Positions 9,409 through 19,726 of a stretch of DNA of 64,000 nt are shown here, piece after piece (positions within the stretch are counted from its first letter, which is position 1; the number at the start of each line of letters is the position of its first letter). The DNA is from Candidatus Latescibacterota bacterium (GTDB taxonomy: Bacteria; Latescibacterota; UBA2968; UBA8231): contig OZ242318.1 of the NCBI GenBank assembly GCA_965208105.1, positions 3,968,001 through 4,032,000 of the forward strand, written 5' to 3'. Both the position numbers and the translations under genes were made by a program. The notes beneath the pieces were generated by a model. That model was not told where the DNA came from, made no database searches, and saw nothing but the letters and a program-made list of their open reading frames with translations.

Positions 9409-10689
9409 TCAGGAGCCCTTCCTTCGCGGCGGGGATTCCTCGGCGCCGGGGAGTGGTTTTCTTCCCTCCACCCTGCCTACCTGGATGTCCTGCATGGCTT
9501 TCCAGACCCAGGCCGAAACCAGCGCAAAGAGCACGGCGGTGGTGAAGAACGCCGAGCGGAACCCCCACTCGGCTCCGATGTAGGCCCCGGCGACAGGGCC
9601 CAGCGCAAAGCCCAGGGCGCTGGCGCTGGTGGTTATTCCGAAGGCCTTGCCGCGGTCGTCCTGGGGCACCACATCGGCGATGATGACGTTGGTCAGGGGG
9701 CGGATTCCACCGTATGCGAGACCGCCCGCTATGGTCAGGGCGGCCAGCATGGTCACGTTGGTGGCCATACCCTGTGCACCGAGAAAAAGCGCCGTGCCTG
9801 CGAGCGCCCCAAGCATGGTTTTCTTTGGCCCCAGGGAATCGCTCCACCGCCCCATCGCCATCGAAGACAGCGCTCCCACCAGGCCCCTCATGGCGAAGAT
9901 CAGGCCTGCCGTCGATACGATGTTCTCGCCCTCGGCCAGGTATTGCAGAAAGAGGGGCAGTACGGGCATGGTGACTCCGAAGGCGAACTGAATCAGGATC
10001 AGGCTTACAAGCATGAGGAGAAATGGCCTGAGTCCGAGCAGGCGCCTGGTGTCGCGCAGAAACCCACCCGAGGTTTTCCTGCCCCCGTCGTCCTTTCTGT
10101 TGAAATCCTCCTTCACCCACAGCTGTACGGCCACACCGGCAAAAACCAACAGGACTCCGGAGATTATGAAGGTGTCGTGATAGCCCAGGAGATCGATGAG
10201 CGGCCCCCCGAACAGGGGGCCCATGGAGGTGCCCAGCATGAAGGCGCCCTGCATCATTCCCAGGGAATAGCCCAGGCGCGCCTTGGGTACTGTAGTGGAT
10301 ACAAGGGTCACGCAGGCGGTCACCGTGCCGGCCATCGCGCCCTGCAGGATGCGCACGGCTACCAGCTGCTCCACGCTGGTGACCCAGCTCATCAGGAGGA
10401 TGGCGATGCTTCCTCCGAGCATGGCGCGCACAACCATGGGCTTGCGGCCGGAGCGGTCGGCCAGGGCGCCCCAGAACGGGGAGGACAGGGCCATGGCGAG
10501 ACCGCCGAAGGTCCCCATATATCCGGACCATATCAGCGCCTCCGAGAGGTCCTTGACGTCGAATTCCTGAATGTAGTAGGGCAGGAAGGGCTGGACGGAC
10601 TGCAGGCCGATGAGAGCGCAGAGTTCGGCGACCCACAGTGTGTAGAAATTGCGCTTCCATGAAATGGTAGGGCTGGCTTTGTCTGCCAT
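9409..10689 (-). CDS. MFS transporter (DHA1/MdtG-like)
   Basis: WGALADRSGRKPM and GRWSDSLGPK (motif A); about 12 TM segments. Confidence 0.92.
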   Translation of the reverse strand: MADKASPTISWKRNFYTLWVAELCALIGLQSVQPFLPYYIQEFDVKDLSEALIWSGYMGTFGGLAMALSSPFWGALADRSGRKPMVVRAMLGGSIAILLMSWVTSVEQLVAVRILQGAMAGTVTACVTLVSTTVPKARLGYSLGMMQGAFMLGTSMGPLFGGPLIDLLGYHDTFIISGVLLVFAGVAVQLWVKEDFNRKDDGGRKTSGGFLRDTRRLLGLRPFLLMLVSLILIQFAFGVTMPVLPLFLQYLAEGENIVSTAGLIFAMRGLVGALSSMAMGRWSDSLGPKKTMLGALAGTALFLGAQGMATNVTMLAALTIAGGLAYGGIRPLTNVIIADVVPQDDRGKAFGITTSASALGFALGPVAGAYIGAEWGFRSAFFTTAVLFALVSAWVWKAMQDIQVGRVEGRKPLPGAEESPPRRKGS

Positions 10690-10700
10690 TTATCTGACGC

Positions 10701-10866
10701 TAGTGTCCCGTCGCAGAGATAGGTTGACGAAATTGGGCCGCCGAGGCGCCAGGCTCACAAGGCGCCTGAGCGAGTCGTACCAATGGTGTACGGCGAGTGA
10801 AGGCAACGCCGTGAGCCGGGATGGATCGGCGGAATAATGGCGACATATTTCTGCGACGGGATACTA
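10701..10866 (+). mobile_element. MITE copy 2 (full, 162 bp plus flanking TA)
   Basis: TIRs GTGTCCCGTCGCAGAGAT / ATTTCTGCGACGGGATAC with TA on both sides. Reconstructed empty site is C-TA-G. Confidence 0.92.
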
Positions 10867-11078
10867 GTTGAGGGAGGACCCGGGGCAGGTTGACTTGGCA
10901 GGTCGGTTGTTTTCACCAAACCTGTTGCAACTTCATCATCCGGAAGGCCACATTCAAGGTCCCCCGCCGCGGAGGCGGAGATATTGCGCAGCCTTTCAAC
11001 CACCGGACCGTTGGCGCCGCAGAATCCAGTCCACGTGCCACCGCAGGTTTTTCGCTCTCCCGGCCGCCGTCTCCAGCT

Positions 11079-12209
11079 CTATCTCAAGGCCGATACCCCG
11101 CCGCCTTCGAGCGCCCGCTTCACCTCTTTCTCCACATCGCCCTGCGTTACCATGGTCGTGTCCCCAGGGGTTTCCTGCACCAGTATCCCGTGAGCCGCTC
11201 CCCACTGCACCGCGACTTCGGGTCCCCTTCCCTTGAGCAGGGCGGCGATCACGCCCGCGGCGAAGGAGTCGCCGCCCCCCGTCCGGTCGGCGATCTCGAT
11301 GTTCTCGCGCACCACCGCCTGGTGGATGCGGTTCTCCCCCACCTCGTAGAGCACAGCTCCCCAGTTGATCCGGTCAGCGCTGAGCGCTCCCCGCAACTGG
11401 GTGCCGATGTACTTCAGGTTGGGAAAGTCGGCGGATACGGCGCGCAGCATCCCTGTGTAGACGCCCAGCCATTCATCGAAGGGGGCCTCTGCCGAAACTG
11501 ACGGCGCATGGTAGCCCAGGGCGTCGGAAAAGTCGTCCTGATTTCCCACCAGAAAGTCCACATGGGGCAGGATGGCGCGGTTGATCTGCCGCGCCCGCTC
11601 CTTGTCGGGTTCCACCTTGGAGCGATAGTTCAGGTCGAAGGAGCGCCCGGCGCCGTGATCCCCGGCTGTGCGCATCGCCTCCAGTGCCAGGTCCGCCGTC
11701 TTGGCCGAGAGAAGAGTGTAGATCCCCCCGGTGCTGAACCACCGCGTGCCCAGCGTTGCGAAGAGGTGGTCCCAATCCACGTCCCCCGGCCCAACCTCGC
11801 GTATGGGGGCGTGGGCCCTGTAGTACTCGGTTACCGAAGGCAGTACCCCCTTGCCGGCCCAGGTGAAGTTGATGCCGTTGTGCAGAGTGCCCCTGGCATC
11901 GGTGCAGAACCTTCCCTCACCCCTGGTGTTGAACCAGATGATGTGCCTGGTGTCGATACCCGCCTCGCGCAGCTGGTTTTCCATGTTGCGGCCGATGCCG
12001 TCGTCAACCAGGGCGGTAACCACGGCAGTGCGCAGTCCGAAGGCATAGCTCAATCCTTCGGCCACATTGGTCTCGCCCCCTCCGTGCCAGATGCGCGCCG
12101 TTCGCGCCCTGGCCGCCGGAACGTCGCCAGGATCGATGCGCAGCAACACCTCCCCCAGGGAGACGGCGTCATAGAGGGTTTCATCCGCGGACTTGATCTC
12201 CATTGCCAT
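11079..12209 (-). CDS. PfkB family sugar kinase (2-keto-3-deoxygluconate kinase-like)
   Basis: SLGEVLLR, GGGETNVA, SFDLNYR, DRTGGGDSFAAG. The longer ORF call starts inside a MITE. Confidence 0.9.
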   Translation of the reverse strand: MAMEIKSADETLYDAVSLGEVLLRIDPGDVPAARARTARIWHGGGETNVAEGLSYAFGLRTAVVTALVDDGIGRNMENQLREAGIDTRHIIWFNTRGEGRFCTDARGTLHNGINFTWAGKGVLPSVTEYYRAHAPIREVGPGDVDWDHLFATLGTRWFSTGGIYTLLSAKTADLALEAMRTAGDHGAGRSFDLNYRSKVEPDKERARQINRAILPHVDFLVGNQDDFSDALGYHAPSVSAEAPFDEWLGVYTGMLRAVSADFPNLKYIGTQLRGALSADRINWGAVLYEVGENRIHQAVVRENIEIADRTGGGDSFAAGVIAALLKGRGPEVAVQWGAAHGILVQETPGDTTMVTQGDVEKEVKRALEGGGVSALR

Positions 12210-12385
12210 TGGTTTCAGATCCTCCTTTCTCAGTGCCTGCCTCCATTCCCGGAGGGCTCTTCGGGGTGAATCGGAGTTGCGGCAAAGGGAGTCCCCGCGC
12301 CGCTCCTCCCCCCAGCAAAGAACTTCCGGGCCTGCGATGCATTCGGTCCGCAAGGGAACCGGAGCAGGGGAGCAATGCCGGCAGC

Positions 12386-12551
12386 TAGTGTCCCGTCGCG
12401 GAGCTAGGTTGACCAAATTGGGCCGCTGAGGCGCCCGGCTCGCAAGGCGCCTGAGCGAGTCGTCCCGGTGGTGTACGGCGAGTGAAGGCAACGCCCTGAG
12501 CCGGGATGGATCTGCGGAAAGATGGCGACAAATTTCTGCGACGGGACCCTA
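12386..12551 (+). mobile_element. MITE copy 3 (full, most diverged)
   Basis: TA-GTGTCCCGTCGCGGAG...TCTGCGACGGGACCC-TA. The CTA at 12549-12551 is the stop of the adjacent oxidoreductase. Confidence 0.9.
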
Positions 12552-13415
12552 GATGGAAACCCGGACCTTTCGCCTGAGGGCCATGGATTTCTCCAGGGCT
12601 TCGAGCACGGCCACCGGGCCCAGCATGGTCTGCACCGTTTCCCTGGTCCGGCCGCTCCGGAATACCCTGACGAAATCCCTGATTCCCGCAAGGTAGATGC
12701 TCTCGTCGAACTCGATGAACTGGTCGACCCGTCCCTTCGATCCAACCACGCTGAGGTGAAAGGGCGCATCTCCGGCTCCGACGAGGTTCATGGTGGCTAC
12801 CGCGCCATCGCGGAAAAAAAGATGGGCGGCGTGATTTTTCCCGGTTCCGGATACGGACTGGACCTGACCTACCTCGTATCCGGCCAGGCGCAGAACCATA
12901 TCCACCTGGTGAATGCCGTAGAAGAAGATTCCTCCCCACCTGGAGTTGACGTCGCAGGTCCCGGTGGAAACAACCGTGTAAATTCTCCCCAGGCTGCGCA
13001 TCTTCCTTGCAAGGGCGACGAAGGAGGACTGTTTCGGCAGGACCGAGAAGGAGCACACCGGAACTCCAAGTTGGCGCGCCCGGGAAAGGAAACGCTTGCC
13101 CTCGGCCTTGCGATAGCAGAAGGGCTTGTCGATAAACAGAGGCATGCCGGCCTCGAGCAGGGGCCGCGCCGCGGGGAGGTGAAATTTGCCGTGGCGATGG
13201 TCCACTACGGCGGCGTCGACGGAGCCGATCAAATCATCGGGCCTCTCCACCGTGTGGGGAATGCGGCCGGCCGCCGCTACCCGGCGCGCCAGACTCCCCT
13301 TCTCTCCCCACAGGTGAGTCACCCGCACCCCGGCGATCTTCCTCTCCACGTTGAGCACCCTGGCAATGGCTGCGGTGTGGCTGTTCTCCGCCCCGACTAT
13401 TCCCACGTTCAACAT
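12549..13415 (-). CDS. Gfo/Idh/MocA family oxidoreductase
   Basis: VGIVGAENSH, PLFIDKPF, FYGIHQVD. Confidence 0.85.
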   Translation of the reverse strand: MLNVGIVGAENSHTAAIARVLNVERKIAGVRVTHLWGEKGSLARRVAAAGRIPHTVERPDDLIGSVDAAVVDHRHGKFHLPAARPLLEAGMPLFIDKPFCYRKAEGKRFLSRARQLGVPVCSFSVLPKQSSFVALARKMRSLGRIYTVVSTGTCDVNSRWGGIFFYGIHQVDMVLRLAGYEVGQVQSVSGTGKNHAAHLFFRDGAVATMNLVGAGDAPFHLSVVGSKGRVDQFIEFDESIYLAGIRDFVRVFRSGRTRETVQTMLGPVAVLEALEKSMALRRKVRVSI

Positions 13416-13430
13416 ATTTTGTCAGCTGTC

Positions 13431-14264
13431 CTACATGGGTTTCTCTTCGCCGAAGGACCAGAGCCTCAAAACCGTTTTGCACATTACCCACTCCAGGTCC
13501 CCGGGGGCAATGAATTTCATTTCGTCGCGCACCGCCCTCAGGGCCTCCTCGTAGGTCGTGTTCTTGAGGCACACCGGCCAGTCGGTCCCCCACATTATGC
13601 GCCGGGGCCCATAGGCCTGGTACACTTCCTCCACGAGGCCGTGGGTGTCCCTCCAGGGAAATCCTTCATGCGAGAGTCTCCAGGTGTGGCTTATCTTGAC
13701 GTAGACCCGCGGAAACCGGGCCAGGTCCATGAGTATCCGGCGGCCATTGGCGTCTTCGGGATGAACGCTGGCCATGTGATCGATGACCACGTCCAGATCC
13801 GGGTAGTTTTCCAGCCTTCGGGCCAGATCCAACAGCCGGCTTGAGGTGGTCAGGAGCAACAGGGGCACGCCCAATTCCTGGGCCCGCGCAAAGATCGGAT
13901 CCATCAAGGGCCCGGCAAACCAGTCTCCGGCGGCCTGTGGCGACGGACTCAGCCTCATGCCGTGGAGGCCGTGCTCCTCCGTCCACATGCTCAGGTGGTC
14001 CGCCGCCGCGGGGTCCTCGGGATTGATGCGTCCCACCGCCATGAATTTGTCGGGATACTGCCGGATCACGTGGGCGACGTAGCTGTTGTCCCAGCGGTAG
14101 TAGATGGTCTGCACCAGCACCGTCTTCTCCACTCCGTTGGCGTCCATCGACTCCAGCAACATCTCCGCACTGCGGTCCTCGGTGGGAGGACTCTCGTTTT
14201 CCGCCGGCCAGGGAAACGCCGGATCATTCTTCCATACGTGAACGTGGGGATCGATAATGCGCAA
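13431..14264 (-). CDS. Amidohydrolase_2 family (lactonase-like)
   Basis: IIDPHVHVW, VIDHMA, VYVKIS, MWGTDWP. Confidence 0.9.
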   Translation of the reverse strand: MRIIDPHVHVWKNDPAFPWPAENESPPTEDRSAEMLLESMDANGVEKTVLVQTIYYRWDNSYVAHVIRQYPDKFMAVGRINPEDPAAADHLSMWTEEHGLHGMRLSPSPQAAGDWFAGPLMDPIFARAQELGVPLLLLTTSSRLLDLARRLENYPDLDVVIDHMASVHPEDANGRRILMDLARFPRVYVKISHTWRLSHEGFPWRDTHGLVEEVYQAYGPRRIMWGTDWPVCLKNTTYEEALRAVRDEMKFIAPGDLEWVMCKTVLRLWSFGEEKPM

Positions 14265-14424
14265 AATTGTTCTCCTATCTGTTTTCTTCTTCTGTTTTCC
14301 TCCACCGCCGCCCGGTGTTCATGCCTCGCGGCGCGTGGACCCTTTCCTTCCCGTTGAGGACAGGGTGGACTACCGCGGTGCCTGAGGAAATCCGGCCCTT
14401 TCGCGATTGACCGCCGGCCATGTC

Positions 14425-15627
14425 CTATGAGGATCCATGTCCGGTGACGCCCTCCCGGTGCAGGACTTCCAGGTCCTCGGCGGAGAGGTCCAACAGGTCT
14501 TGCAGGACCTCGTCGGTATGCTGGCCCAGGACAGGAGCGGGCAAATTCAATTCGACCGGGGTGGAAGAGAATTTCAGGGGGGAGTTGGGCATGGCCAACT
14601 CCCCGGCCAGCGGATGCGCCAGCTCGACGATCATCCGGCGGTCCTGCACCTGGGGATCGGAAATCAACTGCTCCACATTGTGAATAGGGCCGCAGGGAAC
14701 CCCGGCTGCCGCCAGCAGGTCGGTCCATGCGGCCACGGTCTTTTCCACGAGGGACCGGGAGAGCAGAACCTCCAGGTCGGCGTGGTTTTCAGTGCGTTTC
14801 GCGTTGCTCTGAAAACGCGGGTCGGAAATCAGCTCGGGCAGCCCCAAGGTCTCGCACAGGCGGCCCCACAGTTTGTCGTTGCCGGCGGCAATTACGATGT
14901 AGCCGTCCTGCGCCTCGAAGAATTGGAAAGGGGTGATGGCCGGGTGGCGGGATCCCAGAGGCCCCGGAACCTCGCCGGTGACGAAATAGCGGGCGATGGC
15001 GTTCTCCAGGAGCGCCACCTGACAGTCCAGCATGGAAATGTCGAGGTGCTGTCCCTTTCCGGTTTCCCGGGCGTGAATGAGCGCCGCAAGCAAGCCGATG
15101 TTTCCGAAGAGCGCGGCGTTGAGATCGGCGATTGAGGAGCCCACCCTCACGGGGGGGGACTCCGGGTTACCCGTGATGCTGGCAATTCCCCCCATGGCCT
15201 GGATGACCACGTCATAGGCGGGCAGCCGGGCGTAGGGGCCTGTCTGCCCGAAGCCGGAGATGGAGACGTAGACCAGGCGCGGGCAGAGCGAACGAAGAGT
15301 CCTGTAGTCGAGTCCGAAGCGCTCCATGCTTCCCGGCCGGAAGTTCTCGATGAACACATCGCAGCGGGAGGCCAGCTGTTGTGCCAGCTCCCGGCCCCTG
15401 GACTTGCGAAGGTCGATGGCAACACTCTTCTTTCCCCGATTAATACTCATGAAGTATGCGCTCTCGCCATTGAGAAAGGGACCGAAGTCACGCGCTTCAT
15501 CGCCCTTGCCTGGAAGTTCCACCTTGATGATTTCGGCACCCAGATCGGCCAGGATCATGGAGGCATAGGGGCCGGCCAGGACCCGGGTCAAATCCAGAAC
15601 GCGGACCCCTTCCAGCAATTTTTTCAT
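14425..15627 (-). CDS. Family III CoA transferase (CaiB/BaiF)
   Basis: LEGVRVLDLTRVLAGP, NRGKKS, ENFRPG, SGFGQTGPY, catalytic Asp in SIADL. Confidence 0.95.
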   Translation of the reverse strand: MKKLLEGVRVLDLTRVLAGPYASMILADLGAEIIKVELPGKGDEARDFGPFLNGESAYFMSINRGKKSVAIDLRKSRGRELAQQLASRCDVFIENFRPGSMERFGLDYRTLRSLCPRLVYVSISGFGQTGPYARLPAYDVVIQAMGGIASITGNPESPPVRVGSSIADLNAALFGNIGLLAALIHARETGKGQHLDISMLDCQVALLENAIARYFVTGEVPGPLGSRHPAITPFQFFEAQDGYIVIAAGNDKLWGRLCETLGLPELISDPRFQSNAKRTENHADLEVLLSRSLVEKTVAAWTDLLAAAGVPCGPIHNVEQLISDPQVQDRRMIVELAHPLAGELAMPNSPLKFSSTPVELNLPAPVLGQHTDEVLQDLLDLSAEDLEVLHREGVTGHGSS

Positions 15628-15654
15628 GGGTGAATCCCTCCCTGAATTATCAAA

Positions 15655-17940
15655 CTAAATAACTCCGGACAGCGCCAGGGAAAAGCGCCGCATGGGCCTG
15701 ATTTTGCGCTCGGTCAGGATGTAGTGGTACTGGAGAAGGTTGTCCACCCTGAAATTGACTTGCACCGGTCCCCATCGCCGCCCGACGAAGGCATCCACAA
15801 GGTAGATCGGGCGGTGGTCGCGCCTGCATTCGGGAAAGAGCCCGGAGACGCGCTCGAAACGGCTCAGGTAGCGCAGTGTCGCGCCCATCCGATTGTCTCT
15901 TCCCGCGGCCGCGATACCCGTGGTCAGTTGATGGCGGAAGCGGTAGGGCAAAGGGGCCTGTCCTCCGGGCACCAGATCCTTGCGGCAATAGGGTGGCAGG
16001 ATCTCGTCCTGGGCGAGAAATTCCACCGCGTCGAGGAAGGTGAAGGCAGTGCGCCAGCGCAGACCATGGGGCAGCGCCAACTGTCCCTCCACCTCCAGTC
16101 CTCTGATTCGCGCACGGGATATATTGCGGAAGCTCGTCGCCGCGGAGGCGGCGTCGGGGAGGGGATTCGGCCGGGCCTCTATCAGGTCCTCGAAGGCGTT
16201 CCAGAACAGGGCGAGGTCCAGTGCGGCGAAATCGGCGAGGGACTGCCTGATCCCCAGTTCGCTGGACCAGTTGTGCTCGGCGTGGAGACCAGGGTTGGGA
16301 CAAACCAGAAGCCCCGAGGCGATGGCCTGGGTATGGATTTCAGCCACTGAAGGAGCCCTGAATCCTCGGCCGGCGGAGGCGCGCAAGGCCGTGCCCGATC
16401 CGAAGCGGTATGACATGCCGATCTGGGGACTGAGTTGACGCTGCAGGTCCCGGATGTCCCGGTTGGACGAGGGTGGACATGGCGACTCCGGGGCGGATTG
16501 TTCACCCGGGTCGCGGCGGTGCAGGTCGTAGCGCAGGCCAACCGATATTTCCGCCTGGGGCAGGAGGGAGTAGACTCCGTGAGAGTAGAAGGCCAGATTG
16601 AGGAGAGTGCGGCGGCCGAGGAAATCTCCGGGCGACCTCACTAGATCGAATGCGGCAAAGGTCCCGGCGGTCAGCGCTGCAGGTTCCCACCCGGTGTAGT
16701 CGACTTGAAACTCTCCCCCCGTCTTGTGGCCCACCGACTCGAATCCACCCGCCGACCGGGTGTTGTCGAATGCGGTTCTGTAGTAGAAGCCCTTGAGTCG
16801 ATAGCCGAGGGACCGGTTGAGCAGGCGATAGAACTCGGAGTTGAGGTTCAGGTTCCACGAAACCGTGCTGGCATCCTGGTCCTTTGCGGGGACCTCGAGC
16901 GGTTCCAGGCGATTCTTCCAGCGCAGGAACACTCCGTGATCGTCGACCGACCAGTTCACCAGATTGCTCCAGTAGGTCCCCGGGGCAAAATGGTGAACGC
17001 CTTTGGCGAATAGATGATAGCGCCTGAAGTCGTCGTTTTCGTGATAGCCGCTGGACCGCTTGTACCCTGCCGAAACCAGCGCGCCGGTGCGGCCGATCCG
17101 GCGGCTGTGGCTCCAATCCATTCCGGTAATGTACATGGGACCGTCGGTCCAGCGCCACGATTCGTGGGCAGGCTGGCTGTAGAGCCCTCCCAGCAGGCGG
17201 AAGCGGGTCTGGGGATCGGCGCTGGGCTGGCGGGTTATCACATTGATGACTCCTCCCAGAGCGCCGGTACCGTACAGGGCCGATCCGGAGCCCTTGATCA
17301 CCTCGAGGCGCTCTACCTCCCCAACCGGGATGGCTCTCCACTTGATGTCGCCCAGGTCGGCCGAAAGCATGGGGAATCCGTCCAGGAGCAGGAGGACCCG
17401 GCTCCCGGTGCCGCGGCTGTATCCGCTGGAGCCGCGGATGTTTACCTGGCTGCCCACCATGCTGACCCCCGGCTGGTAGCGCAGGGGCGCCTGCAAGGTA
17501 AAGGAGTTGTGCGCGGCTATGTCACCGGAATTGGCGACGGAAAGGCTGAGCGGAGCCTCTATGAAGGCCTGCCGGCGCCGCGTGGCCGAGACCACCAGGG
17601 GGGGAAGCTCGATGGATGAGCGCCGCAGGGAGATCTGCATTTCCCGGCCGCTGCCTGCTTCTACGTCGTTGAGCTTGAGAGCCTCGTAGCCTACGAAAGA
17701 GACCAGCAGGTCGTAGCTCCCGGGCGGCAGCCCTTGCAGGCAGAAGCGCCCTTCCCCATCCGCAAAAGCGCCGGATTCCGTTCCCAGGACCGCGACGGTG
17801 GCTCCGGGGAGAGCCGTCCCGCCCTGGCGGTCGAGAATCCGGCCGCAAAGCATCGGTGCGGCTGCTTCAGCGGCCTCGACCCAGCTCGTCCAGCAACTCA
17901 GGAGGCAAAGCCCCCAGGCAAGTGGCTTGAGATGCTTCAT
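15655..17940 (-). CDS. TonB-dependent receptor with N-terminal carboxypeptidase-regulatory-like domain
   Basis: Plug motif VERLEVIKGSGSALYGTGALGGVINVIT, GFRAPS, C-terminal VDNLL. Start at 17940 is uncertain because of a 74-nt overlap with the upstream ORF. Confidence 0.9.
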   Translation of the reverse strand: MKHLKPLAWGLCLLSCWTSWVEAAEAAAPMLCGRILDRQGGTALPGATVAVLGTESGAFADGEGRFCLQGLPPGSYDLLVSFVGYEALKLNDVEAGSGREMQISLRRSSIELPPLVVSATRRRQAFIEAPLSLSVANSGDIAAHNSFTLQAPLRYQPGVSMVGSQVNIRGSSGYSRGTGSRVLLLLDGFPMLSADLGDIKWRAIPVGEVERLEVIKGSGSALYGTGALGGVINVITRQPSADPQTRFRLLGGLYSQPAHESWRWTDGPMYITGMDWSHSRRIGRTGALVSAGYKRSSGYHENDDFRRYHLFAKGVHHFAPGTYWSNLVNWSVDDHGVFLRWKNRLEPLEVPAKDQDASTVSWNLNLNSEFYRLLNRSLGYRLKGFYYRTAFDNTRSAGGFESVGHKTGGEFQVDYTGWEPAALTAGTFAAFDLVRSPGDFLGRRTLLNLAFYSHGVYSLLPQAEISVGLRYDLHRRDPGEQSAPESPCPPSSNRDIRDLQRQLSPQIGMSYRFGSGTALRASAGRGFRAPSVAEIHTQAIASGLLVCPNPGLHAEHNWSSELGIRQSLADFAALDLALFWNAFEDLIEARPNPLPDAASAATSFRNISRARIRGLEVEGQLALPHGLRWRTAFTFLDAVEFLAQDEILPPYCRKDLVPGGQAPLPYRFRHQLTTGIAAAGRDNRMGATLRYLSRFERVSGLFPECRRDHRPIYLVDAFVGRRWGPVQVNFRVDNLLQYHYILTERKIRPMRRFSLALSGVI

Positions 17941-18421
17941 CCTCCAGGACCTCGAAGTCGACGCTGATATCGATCCCCCGCGTGATCTCACCCTGAGTTA
18001 CAACTACGGGTGACGGCAGATCATCCCCCGGGATGTGGTAGCATCCCAGCAGGGAATCGAAATTCCAAAAGGCATCCTTGCGGCGCCAGGCCACCACCAC
18101 CCAGCGATATGTGCCTTCCCTGTCAAGGGGAACGAAGTAGGAATATTCCCGGGCCTTGAACTCCACTTCCGTGTCCCACCCGCCAATGGCCCAGAAATCA
18201 CTCAGGGTCTGGGGTGTTTCCCTGTATACGGCCACCGCCACCTGTTCGATGTCATCCGGCCGCTCTCCCGCGAAGGTGATGAGCCCGGAAATGCCCGTGG
18301 GCCCGGGCGGACGGGCTTCCAGGCCGTGGTCGCAGGCGCTGTTCCAGCAAAGGAGAACAGCCCATAGCATGGCCCCAGGCCATGCCCTGACGGGGCCCCG
18401 GTCCACCAGGCTATCCTTCAT
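17867..18421 (-). CDS. Putative lipoprotein upstream of the TonB receptor
   Basis: Hydrophobic stretch then NSA-C-DHGL, resembling a lipobox; beta-rich body. Confidence 0.65.
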   Translation of the reverse strand: MKDSLVDRGPVRAWPGAMLWAVLLCWNSACDHGLEARPPGPTGISGLITFAGERPDDIEQVAVAVYRETPQTLSDFWAIGGWDTEVEFKAREYSYFVPLDREGTYRWVVVAWRRKDAFWNFDSLLGCYHIPGDDLPSPVVVTQGEITRGIDISVDFEVLEDEASQATCLGALPPELLDELGRGR

Positions 18422-18621
18422 TCACTCCGGTGCGATTCTCCAGTGCCGCAGTGAACTCCATGGTCATTTCCGCCTTTTTCTTTCCCCGGACCGAGCTCGA
18501 CGCATCCGGCCTTCCCATCCGGAAGGCGGGCGCAAGCCGCAGGGGAAACGTCACCGCCGTTCCGCAAGGTCAAATATCCCCCATCCACGTGGCTCGCACA
18601 ATAGCCGAGCCTCGGCCGGGG

Positions 18622-19686
18622 TCAAGGAACAAAGCTGATCTTCTCGTCCAGCGACCTGACGAATCCGACGAGCAGCTTCGTTGTATTGTCCAGGTCTTCG
18701 AGGGAGAGCACTTCCGTCGGGGTGTGCATGTAGCGTTGGGGAACGCCGACCAGGCCGGTGGCCACTCCGGAACGGCTCAGCTGCATGGCATTGGCGTCGG
18801 TGCCCGTCCCTCCTGATTCGGCCTGGATCTGGTAGGGGATGCCATTCTCTTTCGCGGTGCGGACCAGCAGGTCGAAGACCACGGGGTTGATGTTTGCTCC
18901 CCGGGCGATCACCGGACCTCCGCCGATGACGGTGGCTCCCGTCTTGCGTTTGTCCACGTCCGGATGGTCCATGGCCCAGGTGACGTCAAGGGCGACGCCC
19001 ACATGCGGATTGATTCCAAAGGTGCTGGTTTTGGCTCCGCGCAGCCCGACCTCCTCCTGCACCGTGGCCACCGCATAGAGCGCGGCTTCGGGATTCCCGT
19101 CCTCCCTGCTGATACAACGCATGGTCTCGGCCACCAGGAAGGCGCCCATCTTGTTGTCGAGACCGCGCGAAACGACGAGATCGCCCCGCAGCACCTCGAA
19201 GTTGGCATCGTAGGTGACGGGGTCGCCGATCTCCACCCGTTTCCTCGTCTCCTTCCCGTCCTTGGCTCCGATATCGATCCACATCTGGTGTTTCTCCGGG
19301 ACCTTGTCGCGCTCGGACGAGGTCATCAGGTGAACGGGCTTCTTGCCGATCACCCCCAACACCGGCCCCTTGCGGGAATGAATCCGCACCTTGCGGCCCG
19401 AAATGGTACTCAGGTCGAAGCCCCCGATCGTATCGAAGTAGATGAAGCCCTCGTCGTCTATGTGGACGATTTGCAGCCCCAGCTCGTCCATGTGGCCGGC
19501 CAGCATGATGCGCGGCTTGCCTTCTTTGTTGTAGACGGCAATGGCATTGCCGTGTACGTCTACCTTGACTTCGTCAGCATATCCCGCCACTTCGTCCTTC
19601 CACACCTTGCGTACGGGTCCCTCGTAGCCGGAGGGGGATGGCGCCCGCAGCAGGGCTTCCAGAAATTTCCGCGATGATTTGCGCAT
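18622..19686 (-). CDS. M42 family metallopeptidase
   Basis: SPSGYE, AGHMDELG, GLDNK, QEEVGLRGA, GTDA, RYMHTPTE. Confidence 0.95.
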   Translation of the reverse strand: MRKSSRKFLEALLRAPSPSGYEGPVRKVWKDEVAGYADEVKVDVHGNAIAVYNKEGKPRIMLAGHMDELGLQIVHIDDEGFIYFDTIGGFDLSTISGRKVRIHSRKGPVLGVIGKKPVHLMTSSERDKVPEKHQMWIDIGAKDGKETRKRVEIGDPVTYDANFEVLRGDLVVSRGLDNKMGAFLVAETMRCISREDGNPEAALYAVATVQEEVGLRGAKTSTFGINPHVGVALDVTWAMDHPDVDKRKTGATVIGGGPVIARGANINPVVFDLLVRTAKENGIPYQIQAESGGTGTDANAMQLSRSGVATGLVGVPQRYMHTPTEVLSLEDLDNTTKLLVGFVRSLDEKISFVP

Positions 19687-19726
19687 GGCCCAGAGCTTTC
19701 CTTTCGCAGTGATGGGACGTGGAGAA

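Noticed and set aside
12210-12491. N-terminal extension of the sugar kinase ORF (470 aa call)
   Set aside because: It starts inside MITE copy 3; kinase similarity begins at MAMEIK (12209).
18430-18620. Possible cobalamin riboswitch upstream of the lipoprotein-TonB receptor pair
   Set aside because: Only GGGAAGGC is present; the other conserved B12-element segments are not seen.
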